From positions 29,735-93,734 of the forward strand of contig JAUYKW010000001.1 in assembly GCA_030698395.1 (NCBI GenBank): 64,000 nucleotides of DNA, written 5' to 3'. This stretch comes from a bacterium (lineage in GTDB: Bacteria > Patescibacteriota > Patescibacteriia > UBA9570). The notes under the pieces were generated by a model, which did no database searches, was not told the DNA's origin, and saw only the letters and a program-made list of their open reading frames with translations. The first letter of the stretch is position 1. Each line of letters begins with the position of its first letter. The position numbers and the translations under genes were made by a program. Shown here piece after piece: positions 19,473 through 29,217 of this stretch.

Positions 19473-20096
19473 ATGAAAATAAAAAATAAACAATATCTTA
19501 TCCGTGGTGGATTTTTTTTATTATTTTGTCTGCTAATGATACTACTATTTGATTGGGTTATATTTGGAAATCAACAAACCAATACGCAACACGTTCAAGT
19601 TGTAACATCAGATAATAACACTGATTCAATGATAACAATTGATCTTACTGAAGGTTTAAATATGGATCGTGGAATAAACATTGGTCATCAAGATTTTATT
19701 AAAGCTTTTTCTAAAATTGATAATGTAAATCTAGAATTTATTGAACATGAGAGAATTGAAGATAAGGAAAATTTTATCGCTGAAATTAATAATGCTCAAA
19801 TACAGTTAATCGGTCCAGACAATAACGTGCAAACAGCTGTTTTCTCATTCTATAACTCTGATAATAATGAAGATAATACTGCATCACTAGTAATTGCAGA
19901 AGATTTTATCACAGTAGTTGAACCAAAATATACTAGCGAGATACTGATATGGTTTTTGCAACAAATCCAGCAAGATTATGATACTAACGGGGAATACATA
20001 TCTAATTACAGCATCAACGGTAAAGATTATAATTTTCATATGACAAAACTCCTAGAAAAATATTCTCTAGAAATTAAAGCTTCTTACCAAAAATAA
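19473..20096 (+). CDS. Membrane-anchored or secreted hypothetical protein
   Basis: N-terminal hydrophobic anchor GGFFLLFCLLMILLFDWVIFG; no recognisable motif. Confidence 0.4.
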   Translation: MKIKNKQYLIRGGFFLLFCLLMILLFDWVIFGNQQTNTQHVQVVTSDNNTDSMITIDLTEGLNMDRGINIGHQDFIKAFSKIDNVNLEFIEHERIEDKENFIAEINNAQIQLIGPDNNVQTAVFSFYNSDNNEDNTASLVIAEDFITVVEPKYTSEILIWFLQQIQQDYDTNGEYISNYSINGKDYNFHMTKLLEKYSLEIKASYQK

Positions 20097-23000
20097 CTAT
20101 CCAGCAAACTGCTGGCAATATCTGCATTCTCCGCACATTTTATTTTCCTCGGCATCAAGGAATTCTAAATTTTGTATTCCTGTGTAAGTATCAATCACCA
20201 ACTGCTTTAATCCATTTACATCCTCATCTGAAAATTCGTACATCTTATGCGGATAAATTTCGTTCTTCTTACTTTTCTGTACAAAATTAATTTCTCCAGT
20301 ATTAACAGCGTATCTAAATTGCGGTGCCTGATCACATAAAAGTTTATAAAATAATAATTGACGATGATATTCCTTGCCTTTGGCTAATTTGGACGTTTTG
20401 TTATCAGGATTACCAGTCTTATAATCAACAATATGAGCTAGCTTTTTTTCTTCATCAATAATTTCTATTTTATCAATCTTACCGGTAAGAGGAATGCTTT
20501 CGTATTCAACTGAAAAACTATTTTCTACTAATGCGGGAAGCTTAAATCTATCCTGATGCTCATTGTAATAAGCAGTTAATTCCTTATTGCCAAAATCTAG
20601 ACTTTCCGTATAATCTTTTTTTCTAAGAGTTTGCTTGCTCAAATAAAATTCAAATCTTTCTAAAAATGTTTTTAATCCAGCTAATTTTTTTTCTTTCGTA
20701 TAGCTGGCAACTAATTCCTCTAATGAATTATGTACTGCAATGCCATAACCAGCAGAACGATCCTTTGGTTGCGGTACTCGAAGAATATCCTGATAAAGAA
20801 ACTTTCGTGGACATTCTAAATAATCATTCAAGTGACTAGCACTTAATTTATATTCCGCTAACAAATCGCTAATATACTGTCTCTCAATCTGAGAGTAATC
20901 TCTCGGTGGTGCCTTAATCAAAATAGTCTGCAACCTATCCAAAGCCTCATCTTCAACACTATTAGTATCAATTACATCCATAAATTGCTCATCAATTTCC
21001 GATAAGAATATAGAAGGTATAATTGCCCTACCTGTAGCGCTGAATTTTGGATATGTAATATACACCTGTAATTTTGCTCTCGTTAAAGCAACATAGAATA
21101 ACCTCCGTTCATCTTCATTTTTTTCTTTTATATCATTAGATACATCATTAGTTACAATTCCAGATGGTAAGGTTATCTTTTGCCGATTAGGAACATTCCC
21201 CCAATGCTTATCTACACACTGCATGATAAATACATGCTCAAACTCCATCCCCTTCGCGCGATGAGCAGTCATTAATCGCACAGCTTGCTTTTTGGTTTGT
21301 AATTCTTGCTCATTTACAGTTAGCTTGTGTTCTTTAAGAAGGTCGAAATATTCTAAAAATTGCTTTAAATTCATTGCTGGATCTGTTCGATTTAATTTCT
21401 TGATTTCATCTAACAGGGTATTAATGCGATTCAAATGTTCAATTTTTTCTGGAGACTGTAAAACATTTTCTAAAAAACCAGATTCATCTAGTAGTACTTC
21501 AAAGAATCTCACAAACGGCATATTAATACTCATTTGTCTCCAGTTATAAATATTTTTTGCAAACTCAACAAATGGTTTTACATTTACCACTCCTACATCT
21601 TGATGTTTATCAAGCTTATGCATAATTGTTAGCATGTCTTCTTTTTCTTGCCGTGCATAAACAACCAACTGCATAATATCGAAGAGGTTCAACTTCAAAA
21701 AATCAAAATGTAAAATATAAAATAACATATCATTACTACCAGATGCTGCTATGTACCTAAGAAGTTCAATTAAGTTAGATACTTGCTTGTCCTGCAAAAT
21801 ATTCAAACCAGCTTGAAGATGAAAAGGAACCTCCATGAATTCCAAAACATCCATCAAATCATCAGCATCACTATTATTACGGTATAATATTGCAATTTCT
21901 GAAGGATCTGCACCATCGGCAATTAACTGTTGAATATTAGTTACTATCCAATATAATTCTGTATGGCCATTTTCAAACTCACCAACAATAACTTTAGATG
22001 TTGGTAAATCCTGAGCAGCTACCAACTGCTGATTAACGTCTGGTAGATATTTAGTAATGGAATTATCATTGTGACCAATCACAGACTCAGCTGCATCTAA
22101 TATTAACTGATGACTGCGATAATTTTGCTTTAGTCCAACTAAAGAAATTTTATTTTTAAACTTCTTTGCAAAATATATAATATTTTCTAAGGATGCTCCC
22201 TGAAAACGATAAATTGATTGCCGATCATCACCTACAGTAAGAATATTAGGATCATCGAAAAAACTTCCTAACAAATCCACAACTTGATTTTGAGCACCGT
22301 TTGTATCTTGGTATTCATCAACTAAAATATATTGAAATTGCTCTTGATACACAGCAAGTAGTTCATCGTCCTGTTTAAACTGATCTACAACAAACAAAAG
22401 CATATCCTCATAATCATAACGACCACGCTCTTTTAACTCCTGCTGATACAACTCATATATATCAGCCAAAGCTATTTGTTTTGGTAGCTGAGATTTCATT
22501 TTTTCAAAATAACGCTTGATAGTTTGTTTGAACTTGGTACGATTTTTACTATCTTCCGGATCTTCACTGTCTATAAAATACTTATCAAAAAATAATGCCA
22601 AATCTTTTATAACTAATTCTGATTTGTCTGCCTCTTTCATTACTGCAACAACATTTTCGCAATCCTGCATTGTTAATTTTCGAGCATTAATAGCAATGAA
22701 ATCTTCTACTTGTTCGGTCACGTCATTAATTAATGCTGTTAAAGTTGCTACTATCTTTCGATAATCCTCAATACTTATACTTTCTCGTTTTAACGTTTGA
22801 ATAGAACTAATTAAAGAACGAATATAAAAATAAGGCGCCCCAAATGGTTTTAATGGACTATCAACTGCTAACTTGTCAATTACATCAATGAATAATTTCA
22901 CTTGCTCTACATCCGTTAAAGCATCTAAATTATTTGTAAATAGAAATTTCTCTGGATTATCCTGAATTACATCATTACAAAAAGCATGAAACGTACCAAT

Positions 23001-23273
23001 CTTCACATAATAAGCAGCTGTACCAATAATACCCATTAATCTTTGCCGCATCGCTACCGCTCCAGTTTCCGTAAATGTTAAACACAAAATATTTTGCGGT
23101 TCCACTTGCGTTTTATCTAACAAATTCGCGATTCGTAACGCGATGATTTGTGTTTTTCCAGTTCCTGGACCTGCCAATACAAGTAAGGGACCATCTATAT
23201 GATCAACGGCCTTTTTTTGTTCAGGGTTTAATAAATTATATTGAGTAGAAAAAGCTTCTTCAAGATCCGGCAT
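20097..23273 (-). CDS. UvrD/PcrA-type SF1 DNA helicase fused to a C-terminal PD-(D/E)xK Cas4/AddB-like nuclease domain with Fe-S cluster cysteines
   Basis: All SF1A motifs are present: Walker A LAGPGTGKTQ, DEYQDTNGAQ, GDDRQSIYRFQGA, NYRSHQ, TAHRAKGMEFEHVFI and YVALTRAKLQVYI. The C-terminal roughly 250 aa carry one Cys in LECPRKF, the catalytic-type block IDKIEIIDEEKKLAHIVDYKTG, and a terminal MCGECRYCQQF (Cx2Cx2C), the arrangement seen in Cas4/AddB-type nucleases. Confidence 0.85.
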   Translation of the reverse strand: MPDLEEAFSTQYNLLNPEQKKAVDHIDGPLLVLAGPGTGKTQIIALRIANLLDKTQVEPQNILCLTFTETGAVAMRQRLMGIIGTAAYYVKIGTFHAFCNDVIQDNPEKFLFTNNLDALTDVEQVKLFIDVIDKLAVDSPLKPFGAPYFYIRSLISSIQTLKRESISIEDYRKIVATLTALINDVTEQVEDFIAINARKLTMQDCENVVAVMKEADKSELVIKDLALFFDKYFIDSEDPEDSKNRTKFKQTIKRYFEKMKSQLPKQIALADIYELYQQELKERGRYDYEDMLLFVVDQFKQDDELLAVYQEQFQYILVDEYQDTNGAQNQVVDLLGSFFDDPNILTVGDDRQSIYRFQGASLENIIYFAKKFKNKISLVGLKQNYRSHQLILDAAESVIGHNDNSITKYLPDVNQQLVAAQDLPTSKVIVGEFENGHTELYWIVTNIQQLIADGADPSEIAILYRNNSDADDLMDVLEFMEVPFHLQAGLNILQDKQVSNLIELLRYIAASGSNDMLFYILHFDFLKLNLFDIMQLVVYARQEKEDMLTIMHKLDKHQDVGVVNVKPFVEFAKNIYNWRQMSINMPFVRFFEVLLDESGFLENVLQSPEKIEHLNRINTLLDEIKKLNRTDPAMNLKQFLEYFDLLKEHKLTVNEQELQTKKQAVRLMTAHRAKGMEFEHVFIMQCVDKHWGNVPNRQKITLPSGIVTNDVSNDIKEKNEDERRLFYVALTRAKLQVYITYPKFSATGRAIIPSIFLSEIDEQFMDVIDTNSVEDEALDRLQTILIKAPPRDYSQIERQYISDLLAEYKLSASHLNDYLECPRKFLYQDILRVPQPKDRSAGYGIAVHNSLEELVASYTKEKKLAGLKTFLERFEFYLSKQTLRKKDYTESLDFGNKELTAYYNEHQDRFKLPALVENSFSVEYESIPLTGKIDKIEIIDEEKKLAHIVDYKTGNPDNKTSKLAKGKEYHRQLLFYKLLCDQAPQFRYAVNTGEINFVQKSKKNEIYPHKMYEFSDEDVNGLKQLVIDTYTGIQNLEFLDAEENKMCGECRYCQQFAG

Positions 23274-23281
23274 GAATTTTT

Positions 23282-23713
23282 TTAATTCTCTGAATCTATA
23301 AACCGCACAGTAATATCATAGTATTCTTGTGACTTCGGTTTATTTACCACTACGTCCGGTTTGTATTTTTTAAAAGCATCGGATACTTTCCGTGCTAAAG
23401 AGATAGCTACTTTTTTATTTCGCAAATTACAGGTTATTGTATTTGACCCTGCTCGCATTTGGGCCAGCATAGAACTCTGTTTAGAATAATTTTTTATCAC
23501 ATTAGTAATTAAATGTAGTAATTCCTCTAAATTCTCGACTGCTTTTACATTACTGAACTTTACAGTGCTAATATGGATATCATGATCTAGTTTATCTTTA
23601 TTTGTTACGCCTCGATTAACCTTTGATCGTGCCCTGGAAGAATGTGTTGTTCCGCTTGGTGCTGTCATAATTTTTTTATTACTAACATGATTATTACTGC
23701 TTAATATTAGCAT
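23282..23713 (-). CDS. Small basic hypothetical protein, 9 bp upstream of and probably co-transcribed with the helicase-nuclease
   Basis: 143 aa, Lys/Arg/Ser/Asn-rich (SSRARSKVNRGVTNKDK...), no recognised domain. Confidence 0.4.
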   Translation of the reverse strand: MLILSSNNHVSNKKIMTAPSGTTHSSRARSKVNRGVTNKDKLDHDIHISTVKFSNVKAVENLEELLHLITNVIKNYSKQSSMLAQMRAGSNTITCNLRNKKVAISLARKVSDAFKKYKPDVVVNKPKSQEYYDITVRFIDSEN

Positions 23714-23808
23714 TGATTTGCATGATGTTCAATATTTTGTCACAATCTTCCTATCAGTGTGATTTATCACAAGCTCTTTTTTTGCAACACATCTAGGGAG
23801 ATTTCACC

Positions 23809-24783
23809 ATGTTCAAGATCAACACAGATGATCGAATCGACCGCGCCATCAAGGCATTCATCAAGCTGACAGTCCGAGACGGACTGTTCGTCCTGTTCGC
23901 AGGAACGCTAGCCAGATTCTTCTATCGATGGAGGCCGGAACACAATCCTCTTCTGGGAATGGCTACATCGTGGAACGAACAGGTCTTCGCTGAGTGCCTC
24001 GAGCCGATCGGTGTAAGGTGCACAATAGAAACGGATCTGGAAATGAACGACTTCTCAGGTCTCACGGTGGTTCTCTGCAACCACCCACATACCCTGGAAT
24101 CCACCATTCCTCCGCTGATCACTCTGCGGAAGATATCAAGTCGCATCATCATGGTGATCAAGAGCAGTCAGGTCTTCCAGCCCATTGGCATGGCGCTATG
24201 GATGTTAGACGCTGCCGTGATCGTGAACCGCCTATACATGATGTGGCCTTTCCGGCTCTGGCCAGCTCTCGCTCTACTGATGAAGCACTACTCGATGATT
24301 TGGTACCGCAGGCAGTTGCAGCATGTACACGCCGAAGCAGTACGTCGCAACGAGCCTATCGCCCTGCTGATGTTCCTGAATCGCCGCTGGACGCAAGAAC
24401 GCTACGAGAAAGAACTGGCAAAGTTCACGGACAGCGTACCGGGCAGTGATACGTGGCTGCAGTACGGTCTGATCGCCAAGAGCGGGGGCCTGTACGAAGT
24501 ACTCCAGGCCACCGGCCACATTGGCATCCGGGTCGTGAGCTTGACAATGGCATCCACGGCGAGGCACGACAGGAAGTCGACTTCCTTCAAAGCGATGGGC
24601 GGCGTTAAGCAGTTGGTAAAGATCGAAGATGTGACCATCCAACTGCACACGATGGCAGACGGAACAGACCTCCGCCAGATCACCGAACCCCAACTTCGAA
24701 CCTGGCTGAATCTGACGCTGTGGCCACACATGATGGTGGACATCATACGGCCATGGTGCAACAAGCACACTGAAACGGAGTAA
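23809..24783 (+). CDS. Divergent lysophospholipid-acyltransferase (PlsC/LPLAT)-superfamily-like protein encoded on a GC-rich island of foreign composition
   Basis: ARFFYRW...GLTVVLCNHPHTLESTIPPLI resembles the LPLAT N-terminal block (xLFFRxx...GPxIxVANHxSxLDxxxL), but with H-x4-E instead of H-x4-D. Codons are strongly G/C-ending (CTG, TTC, ATC, AAG, GAC), unlike all neighbouring genes. An RBS-like GGGAG lies 8 nt upstream. Confidence 0.4.
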   Translation: MFKINTDDRIDRAIKAFIKLTVRDGLFVLFAGTLARFFYRWRPEHNPLLGMATSWNEQVFAECLEPIGVRCTIETDLEMNDFSGLTVVLCNHPHTLESTIPPLITLRKISSRIIMVIKSSQVFQPIGMALWMLDAAVIVNRLYMMWPFRLWPALALLMKHYSMIWYRRQLQHVHAEAVRRNEPIALLMFLNRRWTQERYEKELAKFTDSVPGSDTWLQYGLIAKSGGLYEVLQATGHIGIRVVSLTMASTARHDRKSTSFKAMGGVKQLVKIEDVTIQLHTMADGTDLRQITEPQLRTWLNLTLWPHMMVDIIRPWCNKHTETE

Positions 24784-24868
24784 TCCGTAGGAGGTAAACA
24801 ATATAATAGGAGGGCACGAGGGTAGAAGATTAAAAATCAACTACCCTCTCGCCATTTCTGGTATAATA

Positions 24869-25747
24869 ATGCACATGCCAGAATTACCAGAAATAGAAAC
24901 GCTTGCTCAAGGATTGCGCAAAGTAGTTCAAGGAAAAACCATTAAAAATTTAGAAATCTTCGAAAAGAAGCAATTTAAAGGCACGGCGCAAGAACTGAAA
25001 AAGTTTGTATACAAAAAAAAGATTAAGGCTATTAATAGAAAAGCTAAATGGCTGATGATTGAACTATCTTCTGGCTACAGCTTCATTGTTCATCTCCGCA
25101 TGACTGGACAATTGCTTTATCAAAAAAATAAAAAATCCAGCTTCCTGGGTGGTCACACTCCAGGTAATGAAATAATCACCTATCCTAATAGTCACACAAG
25201 GATAATTTTTAATTTTACGGATAATAGCCAACTATTTTTTCAAGATCAAAGAAAATTTGGATATATCCAGCTCTATAGCCCACAAGAAGTCTCAGATTAT
25301 TTTACAAGTAGAGATCTTGGTTTAGAACCATTGGATAAAAACTTTACATTCGAATACTTCAACGACCAACTTAAACGTCGCTCCAGAACAAGTATCAAAG
25401 CAGCCTTGCTTAACCAATCTGTTCTCAGCGGAATTGGTAATATCTATGCCGATGATATTTGTTGGACAGCTAAAGTTCGACCTACCAGAAAAGTAGGAAC
25501 CTTAACAATATCGGAAAAGAAAGCACTGCATGTAGCTAGTAAAAAGATTATTCAGCAAGCTATTAAATTAGGTGGCACTACCTTTAGTCATTATTTACAA
25601 GTAGATGGCAAACTAGGACAATATTGGAAATACCGTAAAGTTTATGGCCGAACCAATGAACCGTGTCGCAAATGCAAAACTCCAATCAAAAAAATTCGCA
25701 CTGCTGGACGTGGCACTCATTATTGTCCACAATGCCAGCCTGCGTAG
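24869..25747 (+). CDS. mutM: Formamidopyrimidine-DNA glycosylase (Fpg/MutM)
   Basis: N-terminal (M)PELPEIETLAQGL with the catalytic Pro2/Glu3 (the true start is probably the second Met at 24875) and a C-terminal zinc finger CRKCKTPIKKIRTAGRGTHYCPQCQ. Confidence 0.9.
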   Translation: MHMPELPEIETLAQGLRKVVQGKTIKNLEIFEKKQFKGTAQELKKFVYKKKIKAINRKAKWLMIELSSGYSFIVHLRMTGQLLYQKNKKSSFLGGHTPGNEIITYPNSHTRIIFNFTDNSQLFFQDQRKFGYIQLYSPQEVSDYFTSRDLGLEPLDKNFTFEYFNDQLKRRSRTSIKAALLNQSVLSGIGNIYADDICWTAKVRPTRKVGTLTISEKKALHVASKKIIQQAIKLGGTTFSHYLQVDGKLGQYWKYRKVYGRTNEPCRKCKTPIKKIRTAGRGTHYCPQCQPA

Positions 25748-25769
25748 ATATGCTATAATGTTCACACAA

Positions 25770-25895
25770 CATAGGAGCGTCCGAACAGTTCTATCGAACT
25801 GAACGGACTGAGATGTATCCTTAAAACCTGATCTGGGTAATGCCAGCGAAGGGAATGTATCGTCTATATTATACATTCCCTTAGGGGAATTTTTT
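25770..25895 (+). promoter_or_regulatory. TPP (THI-box) riboswitch with an intrinsic terminator expression platform, leader of the thiamine ABC transporter operon
   Basis: Aptamer hallmarks GGACTGAGA and AACCTGATCTGGGTAATGCCAGCGAAGGGAA. The terminator hairpin GGGAATGTAT-cgtctatatta-ATACATTCCC is followed by a T-rich tract, and its 5' strand overlaps the aptamer 3' end (AAGGGAATG). Confidence 0.8.
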
Positions 25896-25920
25896 AATAA
25901 CTAATAATTATCCAGCACTT

Positions 25921-26988
25921 ATGAAAAAGCTTCTTGCAGTTTCAATGTTAACAGCATTATTTTTCGGAGGATGTACCTTTGGAAGACTAGATGATGATAA
26001 AAAAGATTCAGTTAATCAATCGTCAGAACCAACAACAATCACATTGTATGCATATGACAGTTTAACAGCAGATTATGGTTTACTGCCTCAAATGCTAACA
26101 CAATTTGAAGAAGACAATAACGCAAAAGTAAAAGTTGTTTCTTTTGATGATACCGGCACAATGCTGGGCCAAGTTATTCAGGAAAAAGATAAACCCAAAG
26201 CAGATTTAGTAATGGGATTAGACAATGTAGATTACATCCAAGTTTCTAAAAACGATATTTTTACTTCTTATAAATCTGGTTTAAGTGAAGAAATCGGTGA
26301 TAAACTAAAATTTGGCAATGATAATTTGATGACGCCATTTGATTTTGGTTACATTGGCTTTGTTTACGACACAGAGGCAATTGAATTTCCAGAAGCAATT
26401 AGTTTAACAGACCTTTCAACTGACACTTATAGAGACAAAGTAATTATTGAACAAGCAGGTATATCTTCTCCTGGTACTCAACTGCTACTTTGGACCAATG
26501 CGGCTTTAGGAGATAATGACGCAGATATATTTTGGAGAGGCATGGCAAGAAATGTTTTGACCGTAGCACCAGATTGGACAACGGCTTACTATTCCATGTT
26601 TTTGAATGACGAGGCTCCAATCGTATTAAGCTACTTAACTAGTCCCGCTTACCATATCGATCAAGAACAAACTGAAAGATACGCAGCAGTTCCTATTAAA
26701 GAAGGATACGTTAGACAAATTGAAGGAATCGGAATTGTAAATGGCACTGAACAAAAAGAATTAGCTCAAAACTTTGTGGATTATCTACTTACAGATGAAG
26801 TACAAAATAAAATTCCAACTACGCAATGGATGTTTCCAGTACTTGGCAATGAAAGTGAATGGCCAGAAGCATTCAATAAAATTATTGTTCCAGAAAAGAA
26901 ACAAATACTCTCCATTCCAGAAGATGAATTGACAGCCAACTTAGATCAATGGCTAAAGGAATGGAATCAAACATTCAGCATTCAATAA
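25921..26988 (+). CDS. thiB: Thiamine/TPP ABC transporter substrate-binding lipoprotein
   Basis: Lipoprotein signal (ALFFGGCTF), periplasmic binding protein fold of the TbpA/ThiB type, immediately downstream of the TPP riboswitch. Confidence 0.75.
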   Translation: MKKLLAVSMLTALFFGGCTFGRLDDDKKDSVNQSSEPTTITLYAYDSLTADYGLLPQMLTQFEEDNNAKVKVVSFDDTGTMLGQVIQEKDKPKADLVMGLDNVDYIQVSKNDIFTSYKSGLSEEIGDKLKFGNDNLMTPFDFGYIGFVYDTEAIEFPEAISLTDLSTDTYRDKVIIEQAGISSPGTQLLLWTNAALGDNDADIFWRGMARNVLTVAPDWTTAYYSMFLNDEAPIVLSYLTSPAYHIDQEQTERYAAVPIKEGYVRQIEGIGIVNGTEQKELAQNFVDYLLTDEVQNKIPTTQWMFPVLGNESEWPEAFNKIIVPEKKQILSIPEDELTANLDQWLKEWNQTFSIQ

Positions 26989-28523
26989 GCAAACTAAATA
27001 AAATAGCAGGTTGGCATACTTTTGCCATCCTGCTGATTGGCGGTGGTATTGTATTTACAATTTTCCTACCTCTGGGTTATTTAGTTAACTCGGCATTTAC
27101 TGAATCTTCAGAATTTATAATTTCTTCAGTAGCCTGGTCGCGTATTTGGTTTAGCTTATGGCAAAGTTCTGCTACCGTTGTGTTATCATTATTAATAGGT
27201 GGCGGTTTAGCCATAGCTGAACATACTTATAAAGAAAAATTTTCACGCTGGTTTCTGCTAATCATGACATTACCAATTTTTCTCCCAGGTGTAATTGTTG
27301 CTGTTGGATTTATCGCTATTTGGGGCAATGCCGGATATGTGAACGAGACACTCCAATCCTTTGGTTGGCAACCAATTAAGTTTCTCTACTCTCCAGCCGC
27401 TATCATTGCTGGACACTGTTTTTATAATATTCCACTTGCCTATATAGCCATCCGTTTACGTTTATTATCTGTACATCACAATTTAGAAGATAGCGCACAA
27501 GTTTTGGGTGCCAACTGGTGGAAAATTTTTACTACAATTATTCTTCCCCGTTTACGCAGTACAATTATCGGTATTGGTATTATAATTTTCCTATATTCTT
27601 TTATGAGTTTTGCATTACCGTTGGTTTTAGGTGGAATTGAGTATCAAACACTAGAAGTATATATATACAATTTAGCATCGCAACAATTTAATTACTCCAC
27701 AGCTGCACTATTAGCAATAATTCAACTGATTAGTTTAGGAGTGATTACTTTACTAAGTCTAAGATACATTAATGATGTCCAAGAAAAATTTATCAAACAC
27801 CAGAAGAGTAATAATTTTGCTAGCAACACAACAATTTTCCTATTTGTCCGAGTAGTATTATCAATTTTAATCATCGCTCCCCTCCTGGCCACAGTATTTA
27901 AAGGTTTCAACGGAAACAGTATCGTTACTTTAGCTGAATCATCTTTTATTTCTGCATGGATACGAACTTTTATTATCTCTGCTGTAACTATAAGTATAGC
28001 CACCATGGCCGGTTTATATATCGCTATTAGTGTTCCAAAAAAACATCAGCCTAAAATATTATTAATTCTAGCTATATCTCCTGTTACTTTAAGTTTGGCT
28101 TGGCGCCTACTATACGGCCAATCACTCTTCTTCATGGTTACCGCCTACATAACATTACTCTTACCATTAGCAACTTATGTAGTACATAATTCCTGGCAAG
28201 CTAGACCAGTTCATTTTAATGAAACACTATCAATTTTAGGTGCTAACAAATTTCAGCAATTAAAATCTAAGGCTCGTCTGCTATTTCCAGCAATTGCCCA
28301 AATTATTGCTTTGGGCTTTGCCTTTGTTTTTGGCGACATTGCTGTTTCCGGCATACTCACTCCCTATCAGCATCCCACTGTGATGAGTTTAAGCTATGAT
28401 TTAATGGGATCGTACCGCTTTAATATTGCAGCTACTAGCATGAGTTTAATTTTAGGATCAATATTAATTTTAGTTTTTTTAACATTTTTTATATCATCTC
28501 GCTATGATGCTAGAAGTTTCTGA
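26949..28523 (+). CDS. thiP: Thiamine ABC transporter permease (two fused permease domains)
   Basis: About 12 transmembrane helices with two ABC permease signature-like loops, operon position between thiB and thiQ. Confidence 0.75.
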   Translation: MAKGMESNIQHSISKLNKIAGWHTFAILLIGGGIVFTIFLPLGYLVNSAFTESSEFIISSVAWSRIWFSLWQSSATVVLSLLIGGGLAIAEHTYKEKFSRWFLLIMTLPIFLPGVIVAVGFIAIWGNAGYVNETLQSFGWQPIKFLYSPAAIIAGHCFYNIPLAYIAIRLRLLSVHHNLEDSAQVLGANWWKIFTTIILPRLRSTIIGIGIIIFLYSFMSFALPLVLGGIEYQTLEVYIYNLASQQFNYSTAALLAIIQLISLGVITLLSLRYINDVQEKFIKHQKSNNFASNTTIFLFVRVVLSILIIAPLLATVFKGFNGNSIVTLAESSFISAWIRTFIISAVTISIATMAGLYIAISVPKKHQPKILLILAISPVTLSLAWRLLYGQSLFFMVTAYITLLLPLATYVVHNSWQARPVHFNETLSILGANKFQQLKSKARLLFPAIAQIIALGFAFVFGDIAVSGILTPYQHPTVMSLSYDLMGSYRFNIAATSMSLILGSILILVFLTFFISSRYDARSF

Positions 28524-29211
28524 TTGCTCGGTTCAAATCCAGCAACAAAAAATATTATCCAATATATCTTTCTCTACTGTTGCAGATGAAAACCTAAGTA
28601 TTATTGGTCCGTCTGGTGCTGGCAAAACCACTCTATTACGTTGCATTGCTGGTCTACAAAAATATTCTGGAAGCATAATAATTGATAGTAAAGCAATTAA
28701 CGAATTGCCAATCCATGAAAGAAACTTTGGTTTTGTTGATCAACAACTCAATCTATTTCCGCATCTCACAATTTATGAAAATATCGCCTACCCGCTGAGA
28801 GTTAGAAAAATGCCAAAAGGCGAAATAAAACAACGCGTATCTCACATCATGGAACGCTTCAATATATTACAATACAAGAAAAAATTACCTCAAGAATTAA
28901 GTGGGGGCGAGCAACAACGTGTAGCATTTGCTAGAACTTTAGTCTATAAACCACGACTACTATTATTGGACGAACCATTTGGCTCTCTAGACACCATGCT
29001 GAGATATGAATTAGCCAGCTGGTTGCGGGAAATTCTTCAAAAAAATAATACTCTCACATTATTTGTGACTCATGATATTAAAGAGGCAAAATTTTTTAGC
29101 AAACGTAGTATGGTATTGCATGAAGGTAAAAAAATTGGCCATGGAACATGGCCAGCCTTAGAAACTTATAATAATTCCACAATACAACGAATGCTCAAAG
29201 AACCTTTTTGA
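28504..29211 (+). CDS. thiQ: ABC transporter ATP-binding protein (thiamine import)
   Basis: Walker A GPSGAGKTT, ABC signature LSGGEQQRVAFAR, Walker B LLLLDEP; ends with TGA. Confidence 0.85.
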   Translation: MMLEVSDCSVQIQQQKILSNISFSTVADENLSIIGPSGAGKTTLLRCIAGLQKYSGSIIIDSKAINELPIHERNFGFVDQQLNLFPHLTIYENIAYPLRVRKMPKGEIKQRVSHIMERFNILQYKKKLPQELSGGEQQRVAFARTLVYKPRLLLLDEPFGSLDTMLRYELASWLREILQKNNTLTLFVTHDIKEAKFFSKRSMVLHEGKKIGHGTWPALETYNNSTIQRMLKEPF

Positions 29212-29217
29212 TTCCTA

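Noticed and set aside
23922-24840. Several overlapping ORFs (79-188 aa) on both strands within GC-rich island 1
   Set aside because: Same high-GC artefact. They overlap the 324-aa ORF, which alone has an RBS and a plausible domain.
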